A stretch of DNA of 49,215 nucleotides from sequence record SRR20825010_1; one strand, given 5' to 3'. The notes beneath the pieces were generated by a model. The model did not search any database, was not told where the DNA came from, and saw only the letters and a program-made list of their open reading frames with translations. This document shows, piece by piece, positions 10,105-17,766 of this stretch. Made by a program: the position numbers and the translations under genes. Positions within the stretch are counted from its first letter, which is position 1. Each line of letters opens with the position of its first letter.

Positions 10105-11334
10105 TTAGGCCTTGGCGGCACCCGGCCAGAATCGTTTCCAACGGCTTTCGTTGTTGGCGTGGTCGTCCGCACCGGCGCCTTCTTCCGCAGTTACCCCGGT
10201 TTCTCGGTGCGTCAATCGATACGCAACATCCCGGAAAGCCTGGGTCAAGGCTGCCTTCGGGGCTTGCGTGATCAACGGCACACCGTTGTTGCGGACTTCG
10301 ACCATCGTTCGGTAGTCGTTGGGCAACAAAGCGAAGATCTCTCGTCCGAGTGTTTCCTTCGCTTTCTTCAGGCTGATTTGTCCGGCGTCCAAACCAGCTC
10401 GGTTGACGATGATTTCAACTCGTTCGGCGAGACCTTCGGTTTCATCGAAGCTCATCATCAAACGAACCACGTTGCGGAGACATGGCAGGTCCAATTGAGT
10501 GACCAGTAATACCTTCGACGCGGATTCGATGGCGATCATGTCGAGCGCGTTGTAGGTCTTCGAAAGGTCGACGATCAAATGCGTGAATGAGGCCTTCAGC
10601 AAACCGACAACTTTGCGAAGACTTTCGGTGTCGATGGCTTCCAGGTCATGCAGTTCAACTGGTCGCGGCAGCAGATACAGACCGCTGGAGTGTTTCGTGA
10701 GCGACTTCTTGAGCAGTTGAATGTCCAGTCGTCCGATGTTTTGGACGACGTCGGCGAGTGTGTAATCCGGAATAGCATCCAAGAAAACGTCGGCGTCACC
10801 GAGCGCTAAATCCAAATCCAACAAGGCAACACTGTTGCGGCTTTCTTCGGCCAACACGCAGCCCAGGTTTACTGCGGTGCTGGTCGTTCCCACACCACCG
10901 GTTGCTCCAGCGATCGCGATGACTTCGCATGAACGATTGCGTGCGTCTCCACCGCCGAACTTGGTTTGACTGATCCGACCGAGCGCCGAAGACAGTTCTT
11001 CTTCTACCAAAGGCAACGTCAGAAACTCACGTGCTCCAGCACGAATCGCCTGCAGGATCAATTGTCCATCGCTGACGGCACTGGTCGCGAGCAACGCGGT
11101 GTCGGGCGTTTCGCGAGTGATCCGCTCAATCAGTTTGATTGCGGCGGTGGAATCGGTGTCCAGCGAGATGACCCCGACATCGGGAGTCGTTTGATCGACG
11201 ATGTCAGGAAAGAACTCGTAGCGTGAGCAGTCCGCTTCCAGCCAAACGGTGTCCATCCCCAAAAGCATCGCTTTCAGTGTTTCGCGGGACGAGTCGTTTG
11301 GATCGACCAAGGCCAATCGTAGGACGTTACTCAT
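10105..11334 (-). CDS. cpaE: Tad/Flp pilus localisation protein CpaE/TadZ (receiver-like + ParA/MinD-like)
   Basis: AIRAGAREFL receiver-like segment, deviant Walker A GATGGVGTT, LLDLDL...GD; directly downstream of cpaC. Confidence 0.88.
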   Translation of the reverse strand: MSNVLRLALVDPNDSSRETLKAMLLGMDTVWLEADCSRYEFFPDIVDQTTPDVGVISLDTDSTAAIKLIERITRETPDTALLATSAVSDGQLILQAIRAGAREFLTLPLVEEELSSALGRISQTKFGGGDARNRSCEVIAIAGATGGVGTTSTAVNLGCVLAEESRNSVALLDLDLALGDADVFLDAIPDYTLADVVQNIGRLDIQLLKKSLTKHSSGLYLLPRPVELHDLEAIDTESLRKVVGLLKASFTHLIVDLSKTYNALDMIAIESASKVLLVTQLDLPCLRNVVRLMMSFDETEGLAERVEIIVNRAGLDAGQISLKKAKETLGREIFALLPNDYRTMVEVRNNGVPLITQAPKAALTQAFRDVAYRLTHRETGVTAEEGAGADDHANNESRWKRFWPGAAKA

Positions 11335-11430
11335 AACAGGCAGCTTCGATAGACGGAGAAAGGTTTCATAGGGGACAGCCCGCTTGTCAGGCGGGCGACA
11401 TGGTGGGGCGTATCGAGTTCACTCAGGCGA

Positions 11431-13176
11431 TCATCTGTAGTCCGGTTGGCTGACGATCACACCTTCGGCAACCTTCGTTGGTTGTGGACCAGGGACGATT
11501 GCATTCGGTGGAAGCAACTCGCCAGCACCGAAACGATTGTTGGCGGGTGACGCGGTGTTTCGTGCAGTCCGCTGCGGGTAGTAGCCAGACGGATTTGGCA
11601 TCGCTCGCTGCGGCATGTTTCGCGAAGCTTGCGGGGTCGACATGGTTGGATCGACAATCTCACCTTGCGGGTAAATGAGCTCTGGGGCACCGTTCAGCGA
11701 GTCTTGGTAGATCGGTGCTTGGTGCATCATCGGACCAGATTCGATTGGTCCTCCGCGGAAGCCGCCGCTGATGCCAGGTTGCAAGTTTTCGTTGTCGCAA
11801 TCGTTGGCTTTCAAGTTCGGCACTTCGATGTGACCGTAAAGGTAAAGCTCTTTGTCGTCAGGCGAATGTGTGTTCATGCCAGGGCCACCGCGAGGCACTT
11901 CGTGTGGATCCATGGCTTCCACCAATTCGGGCGTCACCATGATCAGCAACTCGATTTCGTTTCGGCGTTCCTGCACGGAACGAAATAGCGATCCAACATA
12001 TGGAAGGCTGCCTAAGAACGGCGTGCGTTTGATGGTCGACTCTGTACGGCTTTGCAACAAACCAGCCAGGGCGAACGTTTGTCCCGCTTGCATTTCGACT
12101 GCGGTTTCGACGTATCGCGTCGTGAAGGCGGTCACGTTGGTGCCGTCGATCGTGATGGCTCTCGAGGAGTCGGGTTCACTGACCTCAGGGCGAACTTCCA
12201 AACGAATCCGACCGGGGCCAACGACGAAGGGCAGGAAGTCAATGCTGGTTCCGTAATCTTCATACTTGACTTGGACCTGGCCGTTTTGGCCGGGGATAAT
12301 CGTTGGGATGCGACCACCGACGGTGAATCGTGCTGGACGTCCGTGTGTGGCAACCACAGTGGGTTCAGCCAGCAGTTTGACTAGACGTTGTTCTTCCAAT
12401 GCATTGATCAGTGCTTCGAAGTTTCCATTCACACCGATTCGAAGATTGGTGTCTCCAGCCGGAATAATGCCATCCGTGGTGCCGGCACCGACATCCAAAA
12501 TTCCACTTGGGCCGCTTAGAATGCCGAAGTTGTCATTGAGGATCGCCAAGTCGACGCCGAGTTCACGGAGCTTCGTACGGCTGACTTCCATGATCTTGGT
12601 GTGCAACAAGACTTGTTGGATGCCGACGACTTGGATGTTGTTGATGACCGTCGTGTAAAATTGTTCGGTGATCGCGACCGCTTTGTCCACGTCGTCAACA
12701 CTGGTGACATATCCAGAGATGATCGCAGACTCGCCGATGGGCGTGACTCGAAGCGATGCCAGCGGCAGCTGCGAGTTCAAAATGCCTTCGACTTCACGAG
12801 CGTCGGCGACGACGGTGACGTCAATGGTGTAAAGCTTGTCCTCGGTGTCCCAAAGGTTGATCTGAGTGGTACCCGGGGTCTTACCGAAGACCTGGATTTG
12901 ATTTTCAGAAACCGGGGTCGCACCCAGGACTTCCTCGTTGTGAACTTGGAATCGTGGAATGCGTTCGCCGAGCGAGAGGATGCGACTGCTCTTCACGATC
13001 AAGTCCATCCGCTCAACGGTTTGGTTGATCTGGTGATCGCCTGCGGCAGAAGCAAGCGTCGTCGCGGACTGCGCCATCACCGGTTGAGAAACCGAAAGCA
13101 TCGCCAATCCAAATGCGGTGGCGAGCAGACAGCGGACCGATAGGTCGCGACGGATAAGAAAAGTGCACACTCGCAT
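11431..13176 (-). CDS. cpaC: Tad pilus secretin CpaC/RcpA
   Basis: Signal peptide, GKTPGTTQINLWD N-domain, BON-like part, QVLLHTKIMEVSR, LAEPTVVA, AGQTFALAGLL, PFLGSLPYVGSLFR, ELLIMVTPELV. Start placed at ATG 13176 behind an AAGGA SD (alternative 13185). Confidence 0.92.
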   Translation of the reverse strand: MRVCTFLIRRDLSVRCLLATAFGLAMLSVSQPVMAQSATTLASAAGDHQINQTVERMDLIVKSSRILSLGERIPRFQVHNEEVLGATPVSENQIQVFGKTPGTTQINLWDTEDKLYTIDVTVVADAREVEGILNSQLPLASLRVTPIGESAIISGYVTSVDDVDKAVAITEQFYTTVINNIQVVGIQQVLLHTKIMEVSRTKLRELGVDLAILNDNFGILSGPSGILDVGAGTTDGIIPAGDTNLRIGVNGNFEALINALEEQRLVKLLAEPTVVATHGRPARFTVGGRIPTIIPGQNGQVQVKYEDYGTSIDFLPFVVGPGRIRLEVRPEVSEPDSSRAITIDGTNVTAFTTRYVETAVEMQAGQTFALAGLLQSRTESTIKRTPFLGSLPYVGSLFRSVQERRNEIELLIMVTPELVEAMDPHEVPRGGPGMNTHSPDDKELYLYGHIEVPNLKANDCDNENLQPGISGGFRGGPIESGPMMHQAPIYQDSLNGAPELIYPQGEIVDPTMSTPQASRNMPQRAMPNPSGYYPQRTARNTASPANNRFGAGELLPPNAIVPGPQPTKVAEGVIVSQPDYR

Positions 13177-13343
13177 CTGAGGCATCCTTGCCGGGGCGGG
13201 TCGAGTTATTCATTCATCTCCGCGAGAATTCATCCATGAACTCTCGGCGATCAGTCCGTCGATTAAGCGGCGGGCTGGGCGGCGATTCGCTGGGGGCGAA
13301 CTTGCCTTGGCATCAGTCGTGAATCTTGTTTTCGTCCGAGCCT

Positions 13344-14468
13344 TTAGCGGCTGGTCGGACCAAACTCATCGGACCGCGAATCATCCGCTTCGGAACGGTT
13401 TGGTGGTCCGCTGTTGTAGAACGGACTTTGCGATCCGTTCAGGTAGCTGTAATCGGTCGGTGCACTGGGTTCATCCAGTTCGTTCTCGCTAGGGAGGGGA
13501 TAATCTGCACCCGGACGAGTTCGCAGGTCGTTGTTGGTGTCTTCCAGTTCTTCACGACCTGATTCAGCCAAGACCTTCGGCACGCTGGATCCTTCTTCGA
13601 TCCAGTATTCAGTCAGCACACCACCGGACATCTTCAACATCTTGAAGCCCCGTTTCTTTTCTTTCTTGGGTGCTTGAATGGAAGGTGTCGTCACTGGAAC
13701 TTCGACGCGATTGTTGTCTTCTTCGCGTTGTGCTTGAGCGATCTGATAGTCGGACAGCCATCGCAAGAATTCTTGCCCGGCACCGCCATCGGTCTCGCCG
13801 TCCTTTGTTTCGTTGATGTCGCTCGGGTTACCCAGCGTCAGGCGAATCTTGCCGAGTTCGCTGGCATAGGTCCAAGCGGGAGTGTCTTTTTTATGAATCA
13901 GCAGCGAGATCGACCGGGCCGGTTTGGCTTCGGCTTCCGAGTCAACTTCGCGTTCGGTGCGTCCGTCAACGGCGAAGACTCGAACGCCTGTCAAAACCGT
14001 TTTCGCGGTCGTCTCAGGAATCAATTCGCTTTTGACAAAGTAAGCCATCACGTCCACACGGTCGCCGGGGCGGACCAGGGTCGCAACGCTACTTTCAGGG
14101 TCGGCTCGCATCGACACGACGCTGAAACCGACAGGAATGGTTTGGGATGAACCGTTGGCATCGGCCATCAATTTGACCGGCATCACGGGTTCGCCTTCGT
14201 AGAAACGCTGGCGCGCAAATTTGCCTTCGACGTCTTCGAGTTTGCCACTCGCTCCGGTCGGAACACGATCGGCGGGCCATTGTTCGAGACGGATTTTGTC
14301 AGCGGTGATTTCTTCGGCGATATCAATGGTTTTCGCAGTGACGAAAATCTCGACCGTTGCTACCGAACTCTGACCCGTCGATTGAGCTTGCATCCATTGG
14401 CTAACGCCGATCGCGGCGATCGTGCCGCAAACGCAGGCCAAGATGAGGAAGACTGATTTGTTTCGCAT
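13344..14468 (-). CDS. cpaB: Flp pilus assembly protein CpaB/RcpC
   Basis: N-terminal TM anchor, SAF-like domain, signature LVRPGDRVDV, TVLTGVRVFAVD, GKIRLTL. Start at MRNKSVFLIL (14468). Confidence 0.9.
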   Translation of the reverse strand: MRNKSVFLILACVCGTIAAIGVSQWMQAQSTGQSSVATVEIFVTAKTIDIAEEITADKIRLEQWPADRVPTGASGKLEDVEGKFARQRFYEGEPVMPVKLMADANGSSQTIPVGFSVVSMRADPESSVATLVRPGDRVDVMAYFVKSELIPETTAKTVLTGVRVFAVDGRTEREVDSEAEAKPARSISLLIHKKDTPAWTYASELGKIRLTLGNPSDINETKDGETDGGAGQEFLRWLSDYQIAQAQREEDNNRVEVPVTTPSIQAPKKEKKRGFKMLKMSGGVLTEYWIEEGSSVPKVLAESGREELEDTNNDLRTRPGADYPLPSENELDEPSAPTDYSYLNGSQSPFYNSGPPNRSEADDSRSDEFGPTSR

Positions 14469-14747
14469 GGCAATCGAGTGGGTAACCAGAGGTGACAGAC
14501 TGCTCGCGTTGAATTCGATCGATGACCGACCGCCCGCAATGGAAGCGTCACTCACGGTATCGGGTGTGAGTCTTCAAGAGCTAAACACACTTGGGGCAAC
14601 CGAGTCCCTTTGCGCAATCGCTACAGATTGCCAAACGAACTTTTTGCTTCGAATTTCCAACGCTAGGAGGAAAAACCCCGGGAAATGGGGTGCAAATGAT
14701 GACAGGCCGCATGGGGGTACCATGCGGCCCTCGATCTTCAATTTGAA

Positions 14748-15305
14748 TCAGACCAATTGGCCCGTCGCGGCGAAGTAGATGATTGTGCCGATGGCCATTG
14801 GAATTCCGTATGGCAACAGGTACATGGTCGGTTTTCGCTCTCGAGCAATCGCGGCGAGTTGCTCAGGTTTGCGAATCGTTCGCCATTCATCCATGATTTT
14901 CCAGAATTGAGCATAGTGTTTCACCCATGCTCCGCTCTTCCAGATCATGAAGGCTGCCATGATGCCGCCGACGATGGCGGTCGCAGCAAACGCTTGCAAC
15001 GTGATCATGGTACCGCACCAGGCTCCGATGCCCGCGAGCAGTTTCACGTCGCCTGCACCCATTCCGCCTACGTTGCGAAGTGGCAACAGAAGCATCATGC
15101 CGACGAAAGTGCCGAGCAAGCTGTATCCCAGTTCGGGAAAACCGCCCTGGATGAAACAGTGTGCCCATCCGCAAATTATGAACGGGAAAGTCAACCAGTT
15201 AGGGACTTTCAAAATCATGCCGTCGATGACAGCAGCAACGATAAGGACAACCGTCACGAACCAGATGGTCCAGTTTTCGGTGATGCCTTGAAGGAGAGTG
15301 TCCAT
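14748..15305 (-). CDS. cpaA: Flp prepilin peptidase CpaA/TadV (A24 family)
   Basis: AAVID..KVPNWLT, GGMGAGDVKLLAGIG (two catalytic Asp), LPYGIPMAIG. Confidence 0.92.
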   Translation of the reverse strand: MDTLLQGITENWTIWFVTVVLIVAAVIDGMILKVPNWLTFPFIICGWAHCFIQGGFPELGYSLLGTFVGMMLLLPLRNVGGMGAGDVKLLAGIGAWCGTMITLQAFAATAIVGGIMAAFMIWKSGAWVKHYAQFWKIMDEWRTIRKPEQLAAIARERKPTMYLLPYGIPMAIGTIIYFAATGQLV

Positions 15306-15430
15306 GGTGATTTCCCCGTGTTTCTTCGGCCGAGTCGTCCGTGAAACGAGTCGTCCGTTGGTGGTTTCAAATTGGAAGGTGTGTGAGTTGGCGGTGAACG
15401 TCTGGTTGGTTTCCGGTTGAAACGGACGGA

Positions 15431-15541
15431 TCAGCGAGGACCGATCATCCAGCTCAACATTGCGAACAGCAAAGTCACGCCACAGCAGGCCAATTGCCAG
15501 ACATGGGCGGCAGCGTCAGCGGGAATTAGTGGGTAGTTCAT
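15431..15541 (-). CDS. Putative 36-aa single-TM peptide between flp and cpaA
   Basis: ATG 15541 to TGA 15431: MNYPLIPADAAAHVWQLACCGVTLLFAMLSWMIGPR; one hydrophobic helix, co-oriented inside the pilus locus, only a weak SD. Confidence 0.45.
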   Translation of the reverse strand: MNYPLIPADAAAHVWQLACCGVTLLFAMLSWMIGPR

Positions 15542-15667
15542 TCGCTCGATGCCCGGGGGCAAACCTAAAAGGTGTGAAATGAGTGGTAGCGAAGACTTCC
15601 ATTGAACTTTCAATGGCGGATTGTCTCATGGCGATCCAATGAGTCGTCGCAAAAGGGCTCCCCCACG

Positions 15668-15719
15668 GGCGATGCCGAAAGGCGGCGAGAGTGGTCTCGC
15701 CGCCATTCGGTATGTCGCC
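15668..15719 (-). terminator. Long hairpin downstream of the flp pilin (terminator or mRNA stabiliser)
   Basis: Minus strand GGCGGCGAGA-CCAC-TCTCGCCGCC is a perfect 10-bp stem followed by TTT; the stem extends outward via CCGAA/TTCGG and GGCGA/TCGCC. Confidence 0.6.
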
Positions 15720-15751
15720 AAATTGACGGGATGGACCCGCCGGATCAGCAC

Positions 15752-15931
15752 TTAGTTGGCAGCGATTGCAGCGCCAGCTTCGCCGAACTTCGCGTTGGCG
15801 TTGCTACCGATTGTGGTAACAGCACCGATGCAAACGACGATGATCAGAGCCAACAAGACGGCGTACTCAACAGCCGTTGGTCCGTCTTCTTCTTTCAGGA
15901 AAGCAACAACGTTTTCAGCAAACTTTTTCAT
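15752..15931 (-). CDS. flp: Flp family type IVb pilin (59 aa)
   Basis: Below the ORF-track cutoff. MKKFAENVVAFLKEEDG|PTAVEYAVLLALIIVVCIGAVTTIGSNANAKFGEAGAAIAAN*, with the Flp G-xxxx-EY motif and a GGAG SD upstream. Confidence 0.95.
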   Translation of the reverse strand: MKKFAENVVAFLKEEDGPTAVEYAVLLALIIVVCIGAVTTIGSNANAKFGEAGAAIAAN

Positions 15932-16107
15932 ATCTAACTCCAGACAAAAACGGGGGCCACGATTATGTCTCGTTAACCCGGCGACAAAGTGTCAGTCGAT
16001 TCGATGTGAACCGACCCAGGTGACAACAGCCTTCGTCAATGGAAATCAAACTGACAAGCCTCGGTTCAAACTCAAACGTGTTTCAAATCGAAACGACGTA
16101 GAGTTCT

Positions 16108-16224
16108 TTCCACGGCAACTCGGCTTTCCTGAAGCCAAGCCGAACGCAAACAATGCGATCGACCGACTCACGGACCCGTGGTTTTGCGTGCCGTCCTCTC
16201 GAACGGTTTGCCTTTGTCAGGGAA
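16108..16224 (-). ncRNA. Cyclic di-GMP-I (GEMM) riboswitch aptamer in the flp leader
   Basis: Minus strand UUCCCUGACAAA-GGCAAA-CCGUUC-GAGA-GGACGG-CACGCAAA-ACCACGGGUCC...GGAAAGCCGAGUU-GCCGUGGAA. P1 is UUCC-UG/CG-GGAA, P2 has a GNRA tetraloop, P3 is extended, and the GGCAAA and ACGCAAA junction motifs match the GEMM consensus. Confidence 0.88.
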
Positions 16225-16324
16225 CTTCGGCTGACCCAGTCGAGCAGTCCAAGGCAACACACCTTCGAATGCTCGACGTGGCAGTGAACCGCCGCATTTA
16301 GGCAATTCACTTTCTCACTACCGA

Positions 16325-16352
16325 ACACTACGACAGAAAACGAAGGTGTCAA
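16325..16352 (-). promoter_or_regulatory. Sigma70-type promoter for the riboswitch-flp transcript
   Basis: Minus strand TTGACA-N16-TAGTGT, about 100 nt upstream of the aptamer. Confidence 0.55.
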
Positions 16353-16518
16353 AAAAGATCGGTTGGCCGAACCTTAACGGCGAGGCAAGTTGCCGGGTTG
16401 CTCCGGTCGTAACGATTGGGCGGCCGGCCACGATTGTAAAAATGACAATTGGGCGCATGCACTTATAGAAGACCGTTGCCCCTCTGCGTGTTAGTTCGAA
16501 AACCCGAACCTGGCGGAG

Positions 16519-17697
16519 CTAATTTTTAGGCCATCCCGGCAGCGCGAACTTCTTTTCCGTATTGGATGTGTGTTCGCTGTAATGCCGATCCATTTGTTTC
16601 AGCAACGCCTTCAAAGTTGGCCAGCGACTGCCCGGCACCTTGTCGTCGACTGAGTATCCGTCTAGCAAGTAAGCAAACCGACGCGAAAAGTCGCTGACGC
16701 GTTGCATCTGTCGAGCTTCTTCGGCCCCATCCCAGTCTGCATTGGCGAATTCATAGTCGGGTGGCATCTGGGCAGGATTCAAATCCATCACTGGAATGGA
16801 AGCGTCAGCCTCGTGGTACATCTGAGAGAAAAACAGCAACTGACGCCCCATCATGTGTTCGACATTCCAGCGCGGGGTATGGGTTCCGTTGGCCGGTTTG
16901 AAATTCATTTGAGCTGTCGTCAGCTTGGCGAAGACTGCTTGCGACTCAGCACAGGACTTTTCCATCGCGGCGAAGAGTTTGTTCATCTCTTCGGACATCT
17001 GCCAGGGTTTCGGAGAGACGTTCCACCAAACAACAACCGGTTCCGATGCCGATTCAGTCGAATTCGATGAGATGGCAACCGTGTTGTGGTCCTGATCTGC
17101 GACTTTGACCGAGTCGGGCGATCCCGATGAAGCGGAAATCCAGTTCCGAACGGTCACCGGCATCGGGCTTCCTTCTACGACAAAACGTTGAAGGTCTGAT
17201 CCAATGACCGCATCAATGTGCTGAAAAGATGCCAGCGTCTCGGTAGTGCAACCGGGGCCAGCGACAACGAGGTCGATGCCATCCAATTGAACATGAACGG
17301 CGTCTCCACCCAAATGGCTCACTTGAATGTCATTTGGTGTGACACTGACTGGATCAGTTTTCGTTTCTTCCCGAGATACTTGCTGCCATGTCACTTCTTC
17401 TTTGTTGGCCGGCCTGCTGAGTAGGTACCTACCGGACTCACCAACCGTCACCGTCGCGTCTGCATTTGGGATTGTGGACGCTTCCTCATCTGACAGATCT
17501 TCGGTGTTCTTTGTTTTACCTTTGATTGCAACACTCAAACCCCAGTGCGATTCAATCGTTACAGTTCCCCCAGGCCAAACGCGAACCGCAACCGGATCAC
17601 CCTCGGCGGCTCGGGCGGGAGCACTGATCAATGACGTCAGGAGTGCAGCACCAAAAAGTGATGTGGCAGTTCCCTTCCAAAAACAGATTGAATTCAT
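16519..17697 (-). CDS. Secreted protein with C-terminal DinB-family domain
   Basis: Signal peptide ending ARA-A; C-terminal helical domain with HTPRWNVEHM and RHYSEH (His...HxxxH metal triad pattern); beta-rich N-terminal half. Confidence 0.65.
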   Translation of the reverse strand: MNSICFWKGTATSLFGAALLTSLISAPARAAEGDPVAVRVWPGGTVTIESHWGLSVAIKGKTKNTEDLSDEEASTIPNADATVTVGESGRYLLSRPANKEEVTWQQVSREETKTDPVSVTPNDIQVSHLGGDAVHVQLDGIDLVVAGPGCTTETLASFQHIDAVIGSDLQRFVVEGSPMPVTVRNWISASSGSPDSVKVADQDHNTVAISSNSTESASEPVVVWWNVSPKPWQMSEEMNKLFAAMEKSCAESQAVFAKLTTAQMNFKPANGTHTPRWNVEHMMGRQLLFFSQMYHEADASIPVMDLNPAQMPPDYEFANADWDGAEEARQMQRVSDFSRRFAYLLDGYSVDDKVPGSRWPTLKALLKQMDRHYSEHTSNTEKKFALPGWPKN

Positions 17698-17766
17698 CGC
17701 GATGGCCTATCAGTTTGCCACGCAGCGCGAGGCGGCGTGGTCGAATCGTGGAATGATCGTGAGAGG

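Noticed and set aside
14612-14634. Possible sigma54 promoter (TTGGCA...TTGC) upstream of cpaB
   Set aside because: Spacing is not GG-N10-GC; only a GCAATC-N6-GATTGC palindrome remains, too weak to call.
16205-16216. Possibility that the riboswitch is the 3',3'-cGAMP-sensing GEMM-Ib variant
   Set aside because: The discriminator position equivalent to Vc2 nucleotide 20 is G (16212), not A.
15756-16301. 181-aa plus-strand ORF and overlapping small ORFs
   Set aside because: Antisense to the flp pilin and riboswitch; no protein-like features.
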